This document shows, one piece after another, positions 18,643 through 27,407 of a stretch of DNA of 64,000 nt (position 1 is its first letter; the number at the start of each line of letters is the position of its first letter). The notes under the pieces are model-generated. The model did not search any database. It worked only from the letters and a program-made list of their open reading frames with translations, and was not told where the DNA came from. A program made the translations under genes and the position numbers. Origin of the DNA: Chloroflexota bacterium. Lineage in GTDB: Bacteria; Chloroflexota; Anaerolineae; Anaerolineales; Anaerolineaceae. The stretch lies in contig JAMCRR010000096.1 in NCBI GenBank assembly GCA_023381565.1, forward strand, positions 61,942-125,941, written 5' to 3'.

Positions 18643-18937
18643 GTTTACTACCCTTATGTACAAGATATGTAGATTATATGCGATTTTCGGTTGAGAATTG
18701 AATTGCTCACCCCATATCTTTATGTTAGAATTTATTCAGGCTAAGATCGGTGGTCGTCGCAAATTTGCCTGCGGCGGCGTCGAGCTCGCAAGCTCGCCAA
18801 ATAGGACTGGATTCCGACAGCCTTGTGGAGACCCTGGCAGATTATACTCGGCAAGTCGAGCACGACATGCTGGTTATCTCCAGGGATTTCTTTTGTATGC
18901 AGGTGGGTGAGATTTCAATCATGAGGATCATCAGGCT

Positions 18938-19567
18938 ATGAGCAGCAGCGAAGATCACCGCTGGGTGAATTGGGCGCGAGAGGTACAGGCAATTGCTCAA
19001 ACCGGGCTGCATTTTTCTACGAATGATTTCGACCGGAAGCGGTATCGGCGCCTGGCAGAAATTGCCGGCGAAATTTTCTCGGCTTACATCCAGGTGCCAG
19101 CGGAAGGTTTCACCACTCAGTTTTTCGCACAAACCGGATACGCCACACCGAAAGTCGATGTGCGTGCAGCCGTATTTCAAAACGACAAGATCTTGCTCGT
19201 GCAGGAAAGATCCGATGGCTGCTGGTCAATGCCGGGGGGTTGGGCAGACGTAAATGAGGCGCCAGCAGCGATGGTCGAACGTGAAGCGTGGGAGGAGAGC
19301 GGTTTTCAGGTTCATGCCCGCAAGTTGATTGGGGTCTATGAAGCCAACCGCGATAGAGATCCGCTGACCGTCTACTATGCCTATAAGTTGGTGTTCCTCT
19401 GCGATATCGTTAAAGGTGAGGCGACACCCAGCGATGAGACCAGCGCTGTTGATTTCTTCGCTCTGGACAAGCTGCCGCCTTTTTCAGCCGCACGAACGAA
19501 TCTGCGACACATCCAGGAGGCGTACGCTCACCGGAACGACCCAAGCCGTCCCGCGGCTTTTGATTAG
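18938..19567 (+). CDS. NUDIX hydrolase with Nudix_N_2-type N-terminal domain
   Basis: The N-terminal sequence WVNWAREVQAIAQTGLHFSTNDFDRKRY is followed by a Nudix box (GGWADVNEAPAAMVEREAWEESG). Confidence 0.8.
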   Translation: MSSSEDHRWVNWAREVQAIAQTGLHFSTNDFDRKRYRRLAEIAGEIFSAYIQVPAEGFTTQFFAQTGYATPKVDVRAAVFQNDKILLVQERSDGCWSMPGGWADVNEAPAAMVEREAWEESGFQVHARKLIGVYEANRDRDPLTVYYAYKLVFLCDIVKGEATPSDETSAVDFFALDKLPPFSAARTNLRHIQEAYAHRNDPSRPAAFD

Positions 19568-19632
19568 CCCTGACCCGAAAGATTTGCCGGTCAGATTTCC
19601 TGGAAGTAGCAATTACCGCTAAGGAGGGTGTT

Positions 19633-20985
19633 ATGTTAATTACTAACGCTACCCTGATCACTTGGGAAAAACCGAATCGCATCTTGCCAGATCACGCGTT
19701 GTATATCCGAGACGGGAAGATCGTTGAAATCGGCCCTCAATCCACGCTGGCTTCCCGCCATCCGCAAGAGGAGCTCCTGGATGCGCGAGGGCAGTTCGTG
19801 ATGCCGGGGAATATCTGCGCCCACACCCACTTTTACGGCGCATTTTCGCGGGGTCTGGCTATCCCTGGACCGGCCCCAAAGGATTTCCCTGAAATCTTAA
19901 GCAAGCTTTGGTTCGCATTAGATAAATCGTTAACGTTGGAAGATGTGCGCTACTCGGCGTTGGTCTGCTTGATTGACGCTATCCGTCATGGGACGACCAC
20001 GCTGGTCGACCATCATGCATCACCGAATGCAATCGAGGGGTCTCTGGACGTGATTGCCCAGGCCGTTGATGAATCTGGGGTGAGAGCCGCGCTATGCTAT
20101 GAGGTCACTGACCGGGATGGGAAGGAAAAGGCGCGCCGCGGTATCGCCGAAAACCTGCGTTTTATCGAGCGGGTAAAGCGAGAACACCCTGCGGGAGGGC
20201 GGTTGGCTGCCACCTTCGGATTACACGCCAGCCTGACATTAACAGAAGAGACGCTGGCGGCCTGCCGGGAGGCGGCTCCCAAGGATGTGGGCTTCCACAT
20301 CCACGTCGCCGAGCATCCTGTCGATGAGTATGACAGCCTGGCAAAATCTGGCGTGCGGGTCATCGATCGTTTGCAACGATACCAAATCTTGAACCCAAAT
20401 ACGATTATTGTCCACGCTGTACACATCGATGCACGCGAGATCTTCTTATTGGCTGAAAGCGGCGCCTGGGTAACCCACCAGCCGCGCTCGAATATGAACA
20501 ATGCTGTGGGCGTTTCAGCGGTAGAGGATTTCATGCGCGCCGGTATCCGAGTTTGCCTGGGGAATGACGGTTTTTCGAATGCCATGTGGGAGGAGTGGAA
20601 AACGGCCTACCTGGTCCATAAGCTCTGGCATTCGGACCCCCGGCGGATGAACGGGATGGATGTGGTCGAAATGGCCATATACAATAATGCTGCGCTGGCG
20701 AGCTCGCTCTTTTCGGATGGAGCGGTGGGGGTACTGGCTCCCGGAGCGCAGGCCGACCTCATCTTTGTAGATGCGCATCCTTTCACCCCCCTGACACCCG
20801 AAAATCTGCCGTGGCACATGATATTTGGTTTCCACGAGAGCATGATCACGACTACTATTGCCGCCGGCAAAGTCTTAATGCGTGACCGCCAACTACTCAC
20901 CCTGGACGAAGAAGCCATTACTCGCCGCGCCCTTGAGCTCGCGCCGTCGGTCTGGCAGCGATACAATCAGGGATTCACACGTTAA
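19633..20985 (+). CDS. ssnA: SsnA-type amidohydrolase (putative aminohydrolase of selenium-dependent Mo-hydroxylase systems)
   Basis: It has the HxH metal motif (CAHTHFYGAFSRG). It also shows extended similarity, from my recollection of E. coli SsnA, through LWFALDKSL...DHHASPNAIEGSL...RAALCYEVTDRDG...HVAE...RSNMNNAVG. It is 450 aa long. Confidence 0.75.
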   Translation: MLITNATLITWEKPNRILPDHALYIRDGKIVEIGPQSTLASRHPQEELLDARGQFVMPGNICAHTHFYGAFSRGLAIPGPAPKDFPEILSKLWFALDKSLTLEDVRYSALVCLIDAIRHGTTTLVDHHASPNAIEGSLDVIAQAVDESGVRAALCYEVTDRDGKEKARRGIAENLRFIERVKREHPAGGRLAATFGLHASLTLTEETLAACREAAPKDVGFHIHVAEHPVDEYDSLAKSGVRVIDRLQRYQILNPNTIIVHAVHIDAREIFLLAESGAWVTHQPRSNMNNAVGVSAVEDFMRAGIRVCLGNDGFSNAMWEEWKTAYLVHKLWHSDPRRMNGMDVVEMAIYNNAALASSLFSDGAVGVLAPGAQADLIFVDAHPFTPLTPENLPWHMIFGFHESMITTTIAAGKVLMRDRQLLTLDEEAITRRALELAPSVWQRYNQGFTR

Positions 20986-21061
20986 TGGTGTGGTTTACTC
21001 AGCGCTGAATTGCATGGGGTAAACGCGCATTCTAAAAATCCAATAATTTAATGGAGGGTTC

Positions 21062-21748
21062 ATGACTGAGAAGAGTTCCGAGACGACGATCCATACGATT
21101 GCGATCGTCGGAGGCACCGGAAAGGAAGGTAAAGGGCTGGCTTATCGATGGGCCAAGGTCGGTTATAACGTTTTAATTGGGTCACGGCAGCTTGAAAAAG
21201 CGCAGGCCGCCGCAGATGCGGTGCGCGCCCGCCAGGGATTATCGGGAGAAGTTGCCGGGATGGTCAACCCGGATGCGGCTGCCAGGGGAGATATTGTGGT
21301 GATGACCGTGCCGTTTAGCGCCCATCAGGATACGTTGCGCGGCTTAGTGCCCATCCTGCAAGGGAAGATCCTGGTCGATGTGACAGTGCCTATCGTTCCC
21401 CCTAAAGTCACCCGTATACAGATGCCCACCGCTGGATCGGCCTCTTTAGAGGCGCGACAAATCCTTGGGGAGGGGGTGCAGGTGGTGACTGCTTTCCAGA
21501 ATATTTCGTACGAACGGTTGTGGAATGACGAGCCGGCTGATTGTGACGTTCTGGTTTGCGGGAGCAGCAAAGCCGCACGGACGATTGTATTGACCTCCCT
21601 GGTTCAATCTATCGGCCTGGTTGGTTGGGATGCCGGACCGTTGGAGAATTCAGTCATCCCTGAGGGGTTAACGTCCATTCTCATTGGTCTTAACATACAG
21701 TATGGTGTACAATCATCTGGGATTAAGATCACCGGTATTCCGCGCTAG
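21062..21748 (+). CDS. npdG: NADPH-dependent F420 reductase (FNO/NpdG)
   Basis: It has a Rossmann N-terminus (IAIVGGTGKEGKGLAYRWAKVGYNVLIGSR), is ~228 aa long, and sits in F420 gene context. Confidence 0.75.
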   Translation: MTEKSSETTIHTIAIVGGTGKEGKGLAYRWAKVGYNVLIGSRQLEKAQAAADAVRARQGLSGEVAGMVNPDAAARGDIVVMTVPFSAHQDTLRGLVPILQGKILVDVTVPIVPPKVTRIQMPTAGSASLEARQILGEGVQVVTAFQNISYERLWNDEPADCDVLVCGSSKAARTIVLTSLVQSIGLVGWDAGPLENSVIPEGLTSILIGLNIQYGVQSSGIKITGIPR

Positions 21749-21762
21749 AGGGTATCCTTGCT

Positions 21763-22530
21763 ATGGCACTCGTCCTGACACCACTCTTAGGCATTCCACT
21801 CGTCGAAGCCGGTGACGACCTTACCGCATTTCTGCGTGACGCAGTTTTGCGGACCGGAGTACAGCCTGTGACAGGCGACATATTCGTCCTGGCGCAGAAA
21901 ATCGTTTCGAAGGCAGAAGGCAGGTTAGTAAATTTATCTCAGGTGCTGCCATCGCAAGAAGCGCGGGATCTGGCTCTCAGGAGCGAAAAAGACCCTCGCT
22001 TTGTAGAGTTGGTATTGCGAGAAAGCAACCTGGTGTTGCGTACGCGTCCTGGGACGATCATCGTGGAGCATAAGCTCGGCTTCGTCTGCGCCAATGCAGG
22101 CATCGATCATTCCAACGTTCAGGGCAGCGATGGCGCCCCCGAAGATTGGGTTCTATTGCTCCCTGAGGACCCAGATAGGTCTGCCGATCTCCTCAGGCAC
22201 AAGCTCGAAGACATCTATCAGGCTGTTCTGGGTGTCGCGATTATTGATTCACACGGAAGAGCCTGGCGAAACGGGATCACAGGCACGACGATTGGGCTGT
22301 CTGGCGTCCCCGGTCTGGTCGACATGCGTGGCAAGCCAGATCTTTTTGGTTATAAACTGCGTATCACGCAGATTGCCGTGGCCGATGAGCTGGCTGCTGC
22401 AGCATCTTTGATGATGGGACAGGCAGACGAAGGCCTGCCGGCGATCCACGTGCGCGGCTTTCCATATCCGCTGCGCGAATCTTCATCGGGAGAACTGTTG
22501 CGGCCCAAAGAGCAGGATATGTTCCGTTGA
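21763..22530 (+). CDS. cofE: coenzyme F420-0:L-glutamate ligase (stand-alone CofE, no FbiB C-terminal domain)
   Basis: It has the CofE signature (GDIFVLAQKIVSKAEGR...CANAGID.SN...IIDSHGRAWRNG). It is 255 aa long, the archaeal-type length. Confidence 0.85.
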   Translation: MALVLTPLLGIPLVEAGDDLTAFLRDAVLRTGVQPVTGDIFVLAQKIVSKAEGRLVNLSQVLPSQEARDLALRSEKDPRFVELVLRESNLVLRTRPGTIIVEHKLGFVCANAGIDHSNVQGSDGAPEDWVLLLPEDPDRSADLLRHKLEDIYQAVLGVAIIDSHGRAWRNGITGTTIGLSGVPGLVDMRGKPDLFGYKLRITQIAVADELAAAASLMMGQADEGLPAIHVRGFPYPLRESSSGELLRPKEQDMFR

Positions 22531-22548
22531 AGCGGTAAGGTGGGACCG

Positions 22549-23094
22549 ATGTATGCGATTGTATCGCTGTTAGAACCCTCAACTTACAGCCGGATCGAAG
22601 CCATGTGGAGAATCCTGGAGTTGCAATGCGGATTACAGGGAATCAAAACGACTCCTTTTCCGCATTTTTCCTGGCATGTCGCTGAGAATTACGATTTCGA
22701 TCGCGTCGAAGGGACCTTACGGCAAATCGCAGCGACCTCAAAGCCGTTTACCGTGAAGACAGCCGGTTTGGGGTTGTTTACCGGAACAGAACCGGTTATC
22801 TACGTATTAATTGTGAAGAACGAAAATTTATATCGATTCCACAATACGATATGGGAAAAAATCCACCCTAACGCTGTGGGAAGCAACGAGCATTATGCGC
22901 CAGAGGCATGGGTGCCGCATATTACCCTGGCCCACAGCGATGTCAACAGGAACACCCTAATTTGCGCTCTAGAAGAGCTGGCATTTCTCCCATTTAACTG
23001 GGAGATCAAAATAGACAATCTTGCGATCGTTGGTCAAACAGGAGAGGAAGTTGGCACCCTGCGCGACCGCATCGAATTCAACCAGAAGGAGTAA
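22549..23094 (+). CDS. 2H phosphoesterase superfamily protein (LigT/2'-5' RNA ligase-like)
   Basis: It has two HxS/TW-L type motifs (PHFSWHV and PHITLAH) at the spacing expected for 2H-fold enzymes. Confidence 0.65.
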   Translation: MYAIVSLLEPSTYSRIEAMWRILELQCGLQGIKTTPFPHFSWHVAENYDFDRVEGTLRQIAATSKPFTVKTAGLGLFTGTEPVIYVLIVKNENLYRFHNTIWEKIHPNAVGSNEHYAPEAWVPHITLAHSDVNRNTLICALEELAFLPFNWEIKIDNLAIVGQTGEEVGTLRDRIEFNQKE

Positions 23095-23101
23095 TGAAGT
23101 A

Positions 23102-23497
23102 GTGAAGTCGATTCCGGATAATTTTCAAGACCTGGTGAGCAGCCAGACAAAATCATTCGCCATGCTGGCAACCACCATGAAAGATGGTTCGCCTCAAGTA
23201 ACGCCCGTCTGGTTCAATTGGGATGGGACGCATATATTGATTAACACGGCACGCGGTCGGGTGAAGGATCGCAACATGATGGAGAGGTCTCAGGTAGCCC
23301 TCGTGATCGCAGATCCACAAAACCCATACCGCTACTTGCAAATCCGCGGAAAAGTGCTTGAGGCCAGTGAGCAAGGGGCGTGGGAGCATATCAACGAGCT
23401 TTCCTTCAAATATAATGGTAAACCTTATCCAAAGAATCCGGGAGAGGTGCGGGTGATGTATAAGATCCAACCCGAGCATATCTCGGTCTACGATTGA
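23102..23497 (+). CDS. PPOX-class (pyridoxamine-5'-phosphate-oxidase-fold) probable F420-dependent enzyme
   Basis: The sequence LATTMKDGSPQVTPVWFNWDGTHILINTARGRVKDRN...YLQIRGK is typical of the PPOX-class F420/FMN-binding split-barrel fold. The GTG 23102 start lies 9 nt after AAGGAG. Confidence 0.7.
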   Translation: MKSIPDNFQDLVSSQTKSFAMLATTMKDGSPQVTPVWFNWDGTHILINTARGRVKDRNMMERSQVALVIADPQNPYRYLQIRGKVLEASEQGAWEHINELSFKYNGKPYPKNPGEVRVMYKIQPEHISVYD

Positions 23498-23551
23498 ATG
23501 GTCGGGCAGGGGAAGTAATTAATTGATTTAGTCATCGTGAGGTAGAGTTCA

Positions 23552-24499
23552 GTGATTTCAAAAGTGGTTGCCCTGGCTGGAGGCGTTGGCGGCGCAAAAC
23601 TGGCAGATGGGCTCTACCGGTGTTTAGCGCCCGGAGATTTATCTGTTATCGTTAATACTGCGGATGATTTTGTGCATTATGGGCTGAACATCAGCCCGGA
23701 TTTGGACACCGTTTGCTATGCCCTGGCGGGCTTGGCCAACCCAGAGACCGGATGGGGGCGAGAAGGCGAAACCTGGCAGGCCATCCATAATGCGGTGCAG
23801 CTGGGTGGTCCGGATTGGTTTAATTTGGGAGATCGCGACCTGGGAACTCATCTCGAGCGGACTCGCCGGTTGAGGCAGGGGGATCTCCTGAGTGAGATCA
23901 CGTCAGATTTTGCACGTGCCTGGGGGATTTCTGCGAATATTTTTCCCATGAGCAATGACCTTGTGGCGACCATGGTCAGCACAGTGGATGATGGAGAGCT
24001 TCCCTTCCAAGAATATTTCGTAAAACGTGGTTGTGAGCCGCGCGTGACGGGATTCAGATTTGCCGGCATCGAAACGGCGAGACCTGCGCCATTCATGTTG
24101 GAGGCCATTGAAGGCGCGCAAGTAGTTGTCATTTGCCCATCCAATCCCTGGGTGAGCATTCGACCCATCCTGGACATTCCCGGAATTCGGCAGCAAATCC
24201 AGGGCAAGCACATTGTGGCGGTTTCGCCCATCATTGGGGGAAAAGCGGTCAAAGGCCCTGCAGCAAAAATGTATACTGAGCTGGGGATGACGCCTTCAGC
24301 GTCGACCGTCGCGGGACAATACGGTTCTCTATTATCCGGTTTCGTTCTCGATCGGGTAGACGGGGATCAGACCGACAAAATTCGACAGTCGGGTATAATA
24401 TCTTTTGCCACAAATACGCTGATGTCCACAGCAGAAGATCGAGAACGCCTGGCAAGCGAGGTATTGGACTTTTGCGATCGAATTATAGGAGGAAAGTAA
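23552..24499 (+). CDS. cofD: 2-phospho-L-lactate transferase (CofD/FbiA)
   Basis: It has an LAGGVGGAKL N-terminus and NTADDF, NLGDRDL and PSNP motifs. Confidence 0.9.
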   Translation: MISKVVALAGGVGGAKLADGLYRCLAPGDLSVIVNTADDFVHYGLNISPDLDTVCYALAGLANPETGWGREGETWQAIHNAVQLGGPDWFNLGDRDLGTHLERTRRLRQGDLLSEITSDFARAWGISANIFPMSNDLVATMVSTVDDGELPFQEYFVKRGCEPRVTGFRFAGIETARPAPFMLEAIEGAQVVVICPSNPWVSIRPILDIPGIRQQIQGKHIVAVSPIIGGKAVKGPAAKMYTELGMTPSASTVAGQYGSLLSGFVLDRVDGDQTDKIRQSGIISFATNTLMSTAEDRERLASEVLDFCDRIIGGK

Positions 24500-24503
24500 C
24501 TCG

Positions 24504-25130
24504 ATGAGTTTGTGGGCGATCATACCGGTAAAGCCTCTCCGGCGTGGGAAATCTCGGTTGGCAGGGGTACTATCCGAGGAAGAACGTACCTTGCTAAACT
24601 ACTCCATGCTCGGCCACACTTTGAAAACCTTGACTGCCGTACAAGAGATCGATAACATCCTGGTGATCAGCCGAGATCCAGCCGCATTGGCCTTAGCCCG
24701 TGAATATGGGGCGAAAACCTTACTCGAGGATGGCAGTCCGCATTTGAATACGGCACTAAGGCGTGCAACCGCGGTCGCCCAGGCTTATTCTGCCGAAGGG
24801 ATCTTAATCCTACCCGCAGATTTACCACTATTGACCGCAGACGACGTCCGCAATCTGATTGCCAAATCGGACAAGCCTCCGTTGATTGTAATCTCACCCG
24901 ATCGGAGGGGAGACGGCACCAATGCGTTACTGGTCATGCCCGCTGGGGCTCTCGACTATGCTTTTGGCCCCGGATCTTTTCGCAGGCACTGTGATCGGGC
25001 GGCAAAATTTGGCCTCCGGGTTGTGGTCAATGAAAATCCATCTATCGGGTTAGACCTCGATCTCCCGGAAGATTTGGAATTGTTGCGCAAGATGGAAACC
25101 ACACCGATTGATATCCGATCGGAGTTGTGA
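24504..25130 (+). CDS. cofC: 2-phospho-L-lactate (or PEP) guanylyltransferase (CofC/FbiD)
   Basis: It has a [26 protein letters not shown]-terminus and DLPLL...DGTNAL motifs. Confidence 0.85.
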   Translation: MSLWAIIPVKPLRRGKSRLAGVLSEEERTLLNYSMLGHTLKTLTAVQEIDNILVISRDPAALALAREYGAKTLLEDGSPHLNTALRRATAVAQAYSAEGILILPADLPLLTADDVRNLIAKSDKPPLIVISPDRRGDGTNALLVMPAGALDYAFGPGSFRRHCDRAAKFGLRVVVNENPSIGLDLDLPEDLELLRKMETTPIDIRSEL

Positions 25131-25156
25131 AGATTATTTCTTTGGGAGGCACTTCA

Positions 25157-26152
25157 ATGGCTGAACGTATGGCGCTCTATCTGCAAGATGCCCACGATCT
25201 TCGGGATGGGTTAGATTTTGTCCGGTATGCTGAGCAGCACAATTTCGAAGCCGTCTGGCAAGCCGAAAGCCGCCTGGTGCGAGATGCAATTGTCCCCATG
25301 GCAGCCTACGCGGCGGTAACCGAAAAGATCAAGGTTGGTTCTGGGGTGATCAATAACTGGACCCGCAATATCGGGCTGTTGGCTGCCACCTTCTTAACCC
25401 TGGACGATCTTGCCCCAAACCGGATCATTTGTGGCATCGGCGCCTGGTGGGACCCGCTGGCTCGTGACGTAGGTATCGATCGGAAGAAACCCCTGGTGGC
25501 CATGCGTGAAACCGTCACAATTATGAGGCGGCTGCTGAATATGGAACGCGTCACATTTCATGGCGAGTATATCCACGTTGATGGGATTGAGCTCGACGTC
25601 GTCCACGGCAGGCGGTCTCCTCGGCACGTCCCGATCTTAATTGGCGCCACCGGAGACCAGATGATGGAGATGACGGGTGAGGTGGCTGACGGCGTGGTAT
25701 TGAACTACTGTGTGCCTCCTGAATATAACCATAAAGCCCTCGAGCTTTTAGAGAAGGGGGCGCGCAAATCCGGCCGTAAATTAGAAGATTTGGACCGCCC
25801 GCAGTTGATCGTCTGTTCGGTCGATCTGGACCATGACCGGGCGATTGATACCAGCCGCGAGCTGCTGACCCAATATCTGGCGCAGCAGCCGCACATCGCT
25901 AAAGCTTCGGGCGTCTCGCCAGATATTGTCGCCCAAATCCAATCGATCCTGGGTTGGCCGGCTACTCACGAGCAGATCCAATCTGCCAAGCACTTGGTGC
26001 CGGAAGATCTGGTCTTGCGCATCACCGCTTCGGGAACCCCGGATGAAGCCAGGGCAAAAGTCAAAGAATATCAGAAGAATGGATGTACCTGCCCGATCCT
26101 TTATCCTGTGGGTGGCGACGTTAGATTATTAATTGACACCTTCGCCCAGTAG
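25157..26152 (+). CDS. LLM-class (luciferase-like) probable F420-dependent oxidoreductase
   Basis: It has a luciferase-like TIM barrel ([15 protein letters not shown]..., [32 protein letters not shown]). ATG 25157 is preceded by GGGAGG. Confidence 0.75.
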   Translation: MAERMALYLQDAHDLRDGLDFVRYAEQHNFEAVWQAESRLVRDAIVPMAAYAAVTEKIKVGSGVINNWTRNIGLLAATFLTLDDLAPNRIICGIGAWWDPLARDVGIDRKKPLVAMRETVTIMRRLLNMERVTFHGEYIHVDGIELDVVHGRRSPRHVPILIGATGDQMMEMTGEVADGVVLNYCVPPEYNHKALELLEKGARKSGRKLEDLDRPQLIVCSVDLDHDRAIDTSRELLTQYLAQQPHIAKASGVSPDIVAQIQSILGWPATHEQIQSAKHLVPEDLVLRITASGTPDEARAKVKEYQKNGCTCPILYPVGGDVRLLIDTFAQ

Positions 26153-26169
26153 ATTCTAACGAACTTGTG

Positions 26170-26646
26170 ATGAAGAAACAACCTACGTCTAACCATTGTT
26201 TTGTGTGCGGGCGAAAAAACCCGTTGGGCTTGCACCTGGACTTCTATGAACTGGACTCAGGCGCCGTGCAGGCTGAGATCAGCGTGCCTGATTATTATCA
26301 GGGATATCCAGGGGTGGTCCATGGGGGTGTGCTGGCCGCAATGCTCGATGAAACTATCGGCAGGGTTTTTATGACTGGAGATCCGCCACGTTTCATGTAT
26401 ACCGTTCAGCTTGCCATCCGCTACCGCAAGCCTGTGCCAACGGGTGAACCCATCCAGGTGATAGGAAGGGCAGTGCGGGATAATGGAAGAGTGGCAAACG
26501 CTGAGGGAGAAATCCTGGACGAGGCTGGAACGGTATTAGTTGAAGCGAAAGGTGTCTATGTCAATGTGCCTCAAGAAACTCTGGCATCGCTGGATGCGGA
26601 GGCACTGGGCTGGCAAGTATATCCGGGACAAGAGGAGCTGGCATGA
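26170..26646 (+). CDS. PaaI-family hotdog-fold thioesterase
   Basis: The sequence CFVCGRKNPLGLHLDF...GGVLAAMLDETIG is typical of the PaaI/YdiI hotdog fold. It shares a 4-nt ATGA overlap with the following FAD-subunit gene. Confidence 0.75.
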   Translation: MKKQPTSNHCFVCGRKNPLGLHLDFYELDSGAVQAEISVPDYYQGYPGVVHGGVLAAMLDETIGRVFMTGDPPRFMYTVQLAIRYRKPVPTGEPIQVIGRAVRDNGRVANAEGEILDEAGTVLVEAKGVYVNVPQETLASLDAEALGWQVYPGQEELA

Positions 26647-27407
26647 TCAGTGAATATCATCGCCCACGGACGATGGAAACGGCATTAACTTTGTTAGGCC
26701 GCAGCCAACCCCTGACGTACCCACTCGGCGGCGGCACGGTTTTGAGCCGCCCTGGCCGGCGAGGTTATGCCGTGGTAGACCTGCAAGACCTCGGATTGAA
26801 CCATATCGATGAGCAGGGGATTTCCCTGCGGGTCGGAGCTGCAGCCACGCTGCAGGCATTCTTTGAATATCCTGAAATCCAATCCGATTTACGGGAGGCA
26901 ATCCGGCGGGAGGCGACGACCAACCTGCGCAATGTAGCCACAACTGCCGGAGCGCTGGTTTCGGGGGATGGCTCCAGCACGCTGATCACCGCTCTCCTGG
27001 CGCTGGATGCCCACCTGGCATGGGCTCCTGGAGAAAAGGAGATCGCATTGGGAGAGTGGCTCCCTCTGCGGGGAAGACCGGAAATGCAGCCGGGGCGTTT
27101 AATTACCACAATCACTCTTGCCCTAAATGTGAGGCTGGCATTTATGGCTGTCTCGAGATCACCCGAAGATCGACCGGTGGTTTGTGCGGCAGTCGGCCGG
27201 TGGCCTTCTGGGAGGACACGCCTGGCGCTGGGTGGGTATGGCGAGGCTCCCACAACTGCCATGGATGGGCCGGATGGCTCCGGTATTGAAGATGCAGCGC
27301 GCTTTGCGTATAGCCACGCTGGAGATGAATGGGCATCCAGCGAGTACCGAGCACAGATCGCTTCTACACTTGCTTTACGATGTTTGCGACAGGTTGAGGA
27401 ATCATGA
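26643..27407 (+). CDS. FAD-binding (medium) subunit of a xanthine-dehydrogenase-family enzyme, YgfM-like
   Basis: It has a short (254 aa) CoxM/XdhB-type FAD-binding domain (YPLGGGTVL...VVDLQDLGL). It lies immediately upstream of, and ATGA-coupled to, the FeS/Mo fusion, as in E. coli ygfM-xdhD. Confidence 0.7.
   Translation: MISEYHRPRTMETALTLLGRSQPLTYPLGGGTVLSRPGRRGYAVVDLQDLGLNHIDEQGISLRVGAAATLQAFFEYPEIQSDLREAIRREATTNLRNVATTAGALVSGDGSSTLITALLALDAHLAWAPGEKEIALGEWLPLRGRPEMQPGRLITTITLALNVRLAFMAVSRSPEDRPVVCAAVGRWPSGRTRLALGGYGEAPTTAMDGPDGSGIEDAARFAYSHAGDEWASSEYRAQIASTLALRCLRQVEES

Noticed and set aside
18698-18941. Two overlapping plus-strand ORFs (70 and 63 aa) lie in the M20/NUDIX intergenic region.
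   Set aside because: I found no SD and no motif. They overlap each other in different frames and have Arg/Gly/Ala-rich composition. The region is treated as non-coding leader instead.
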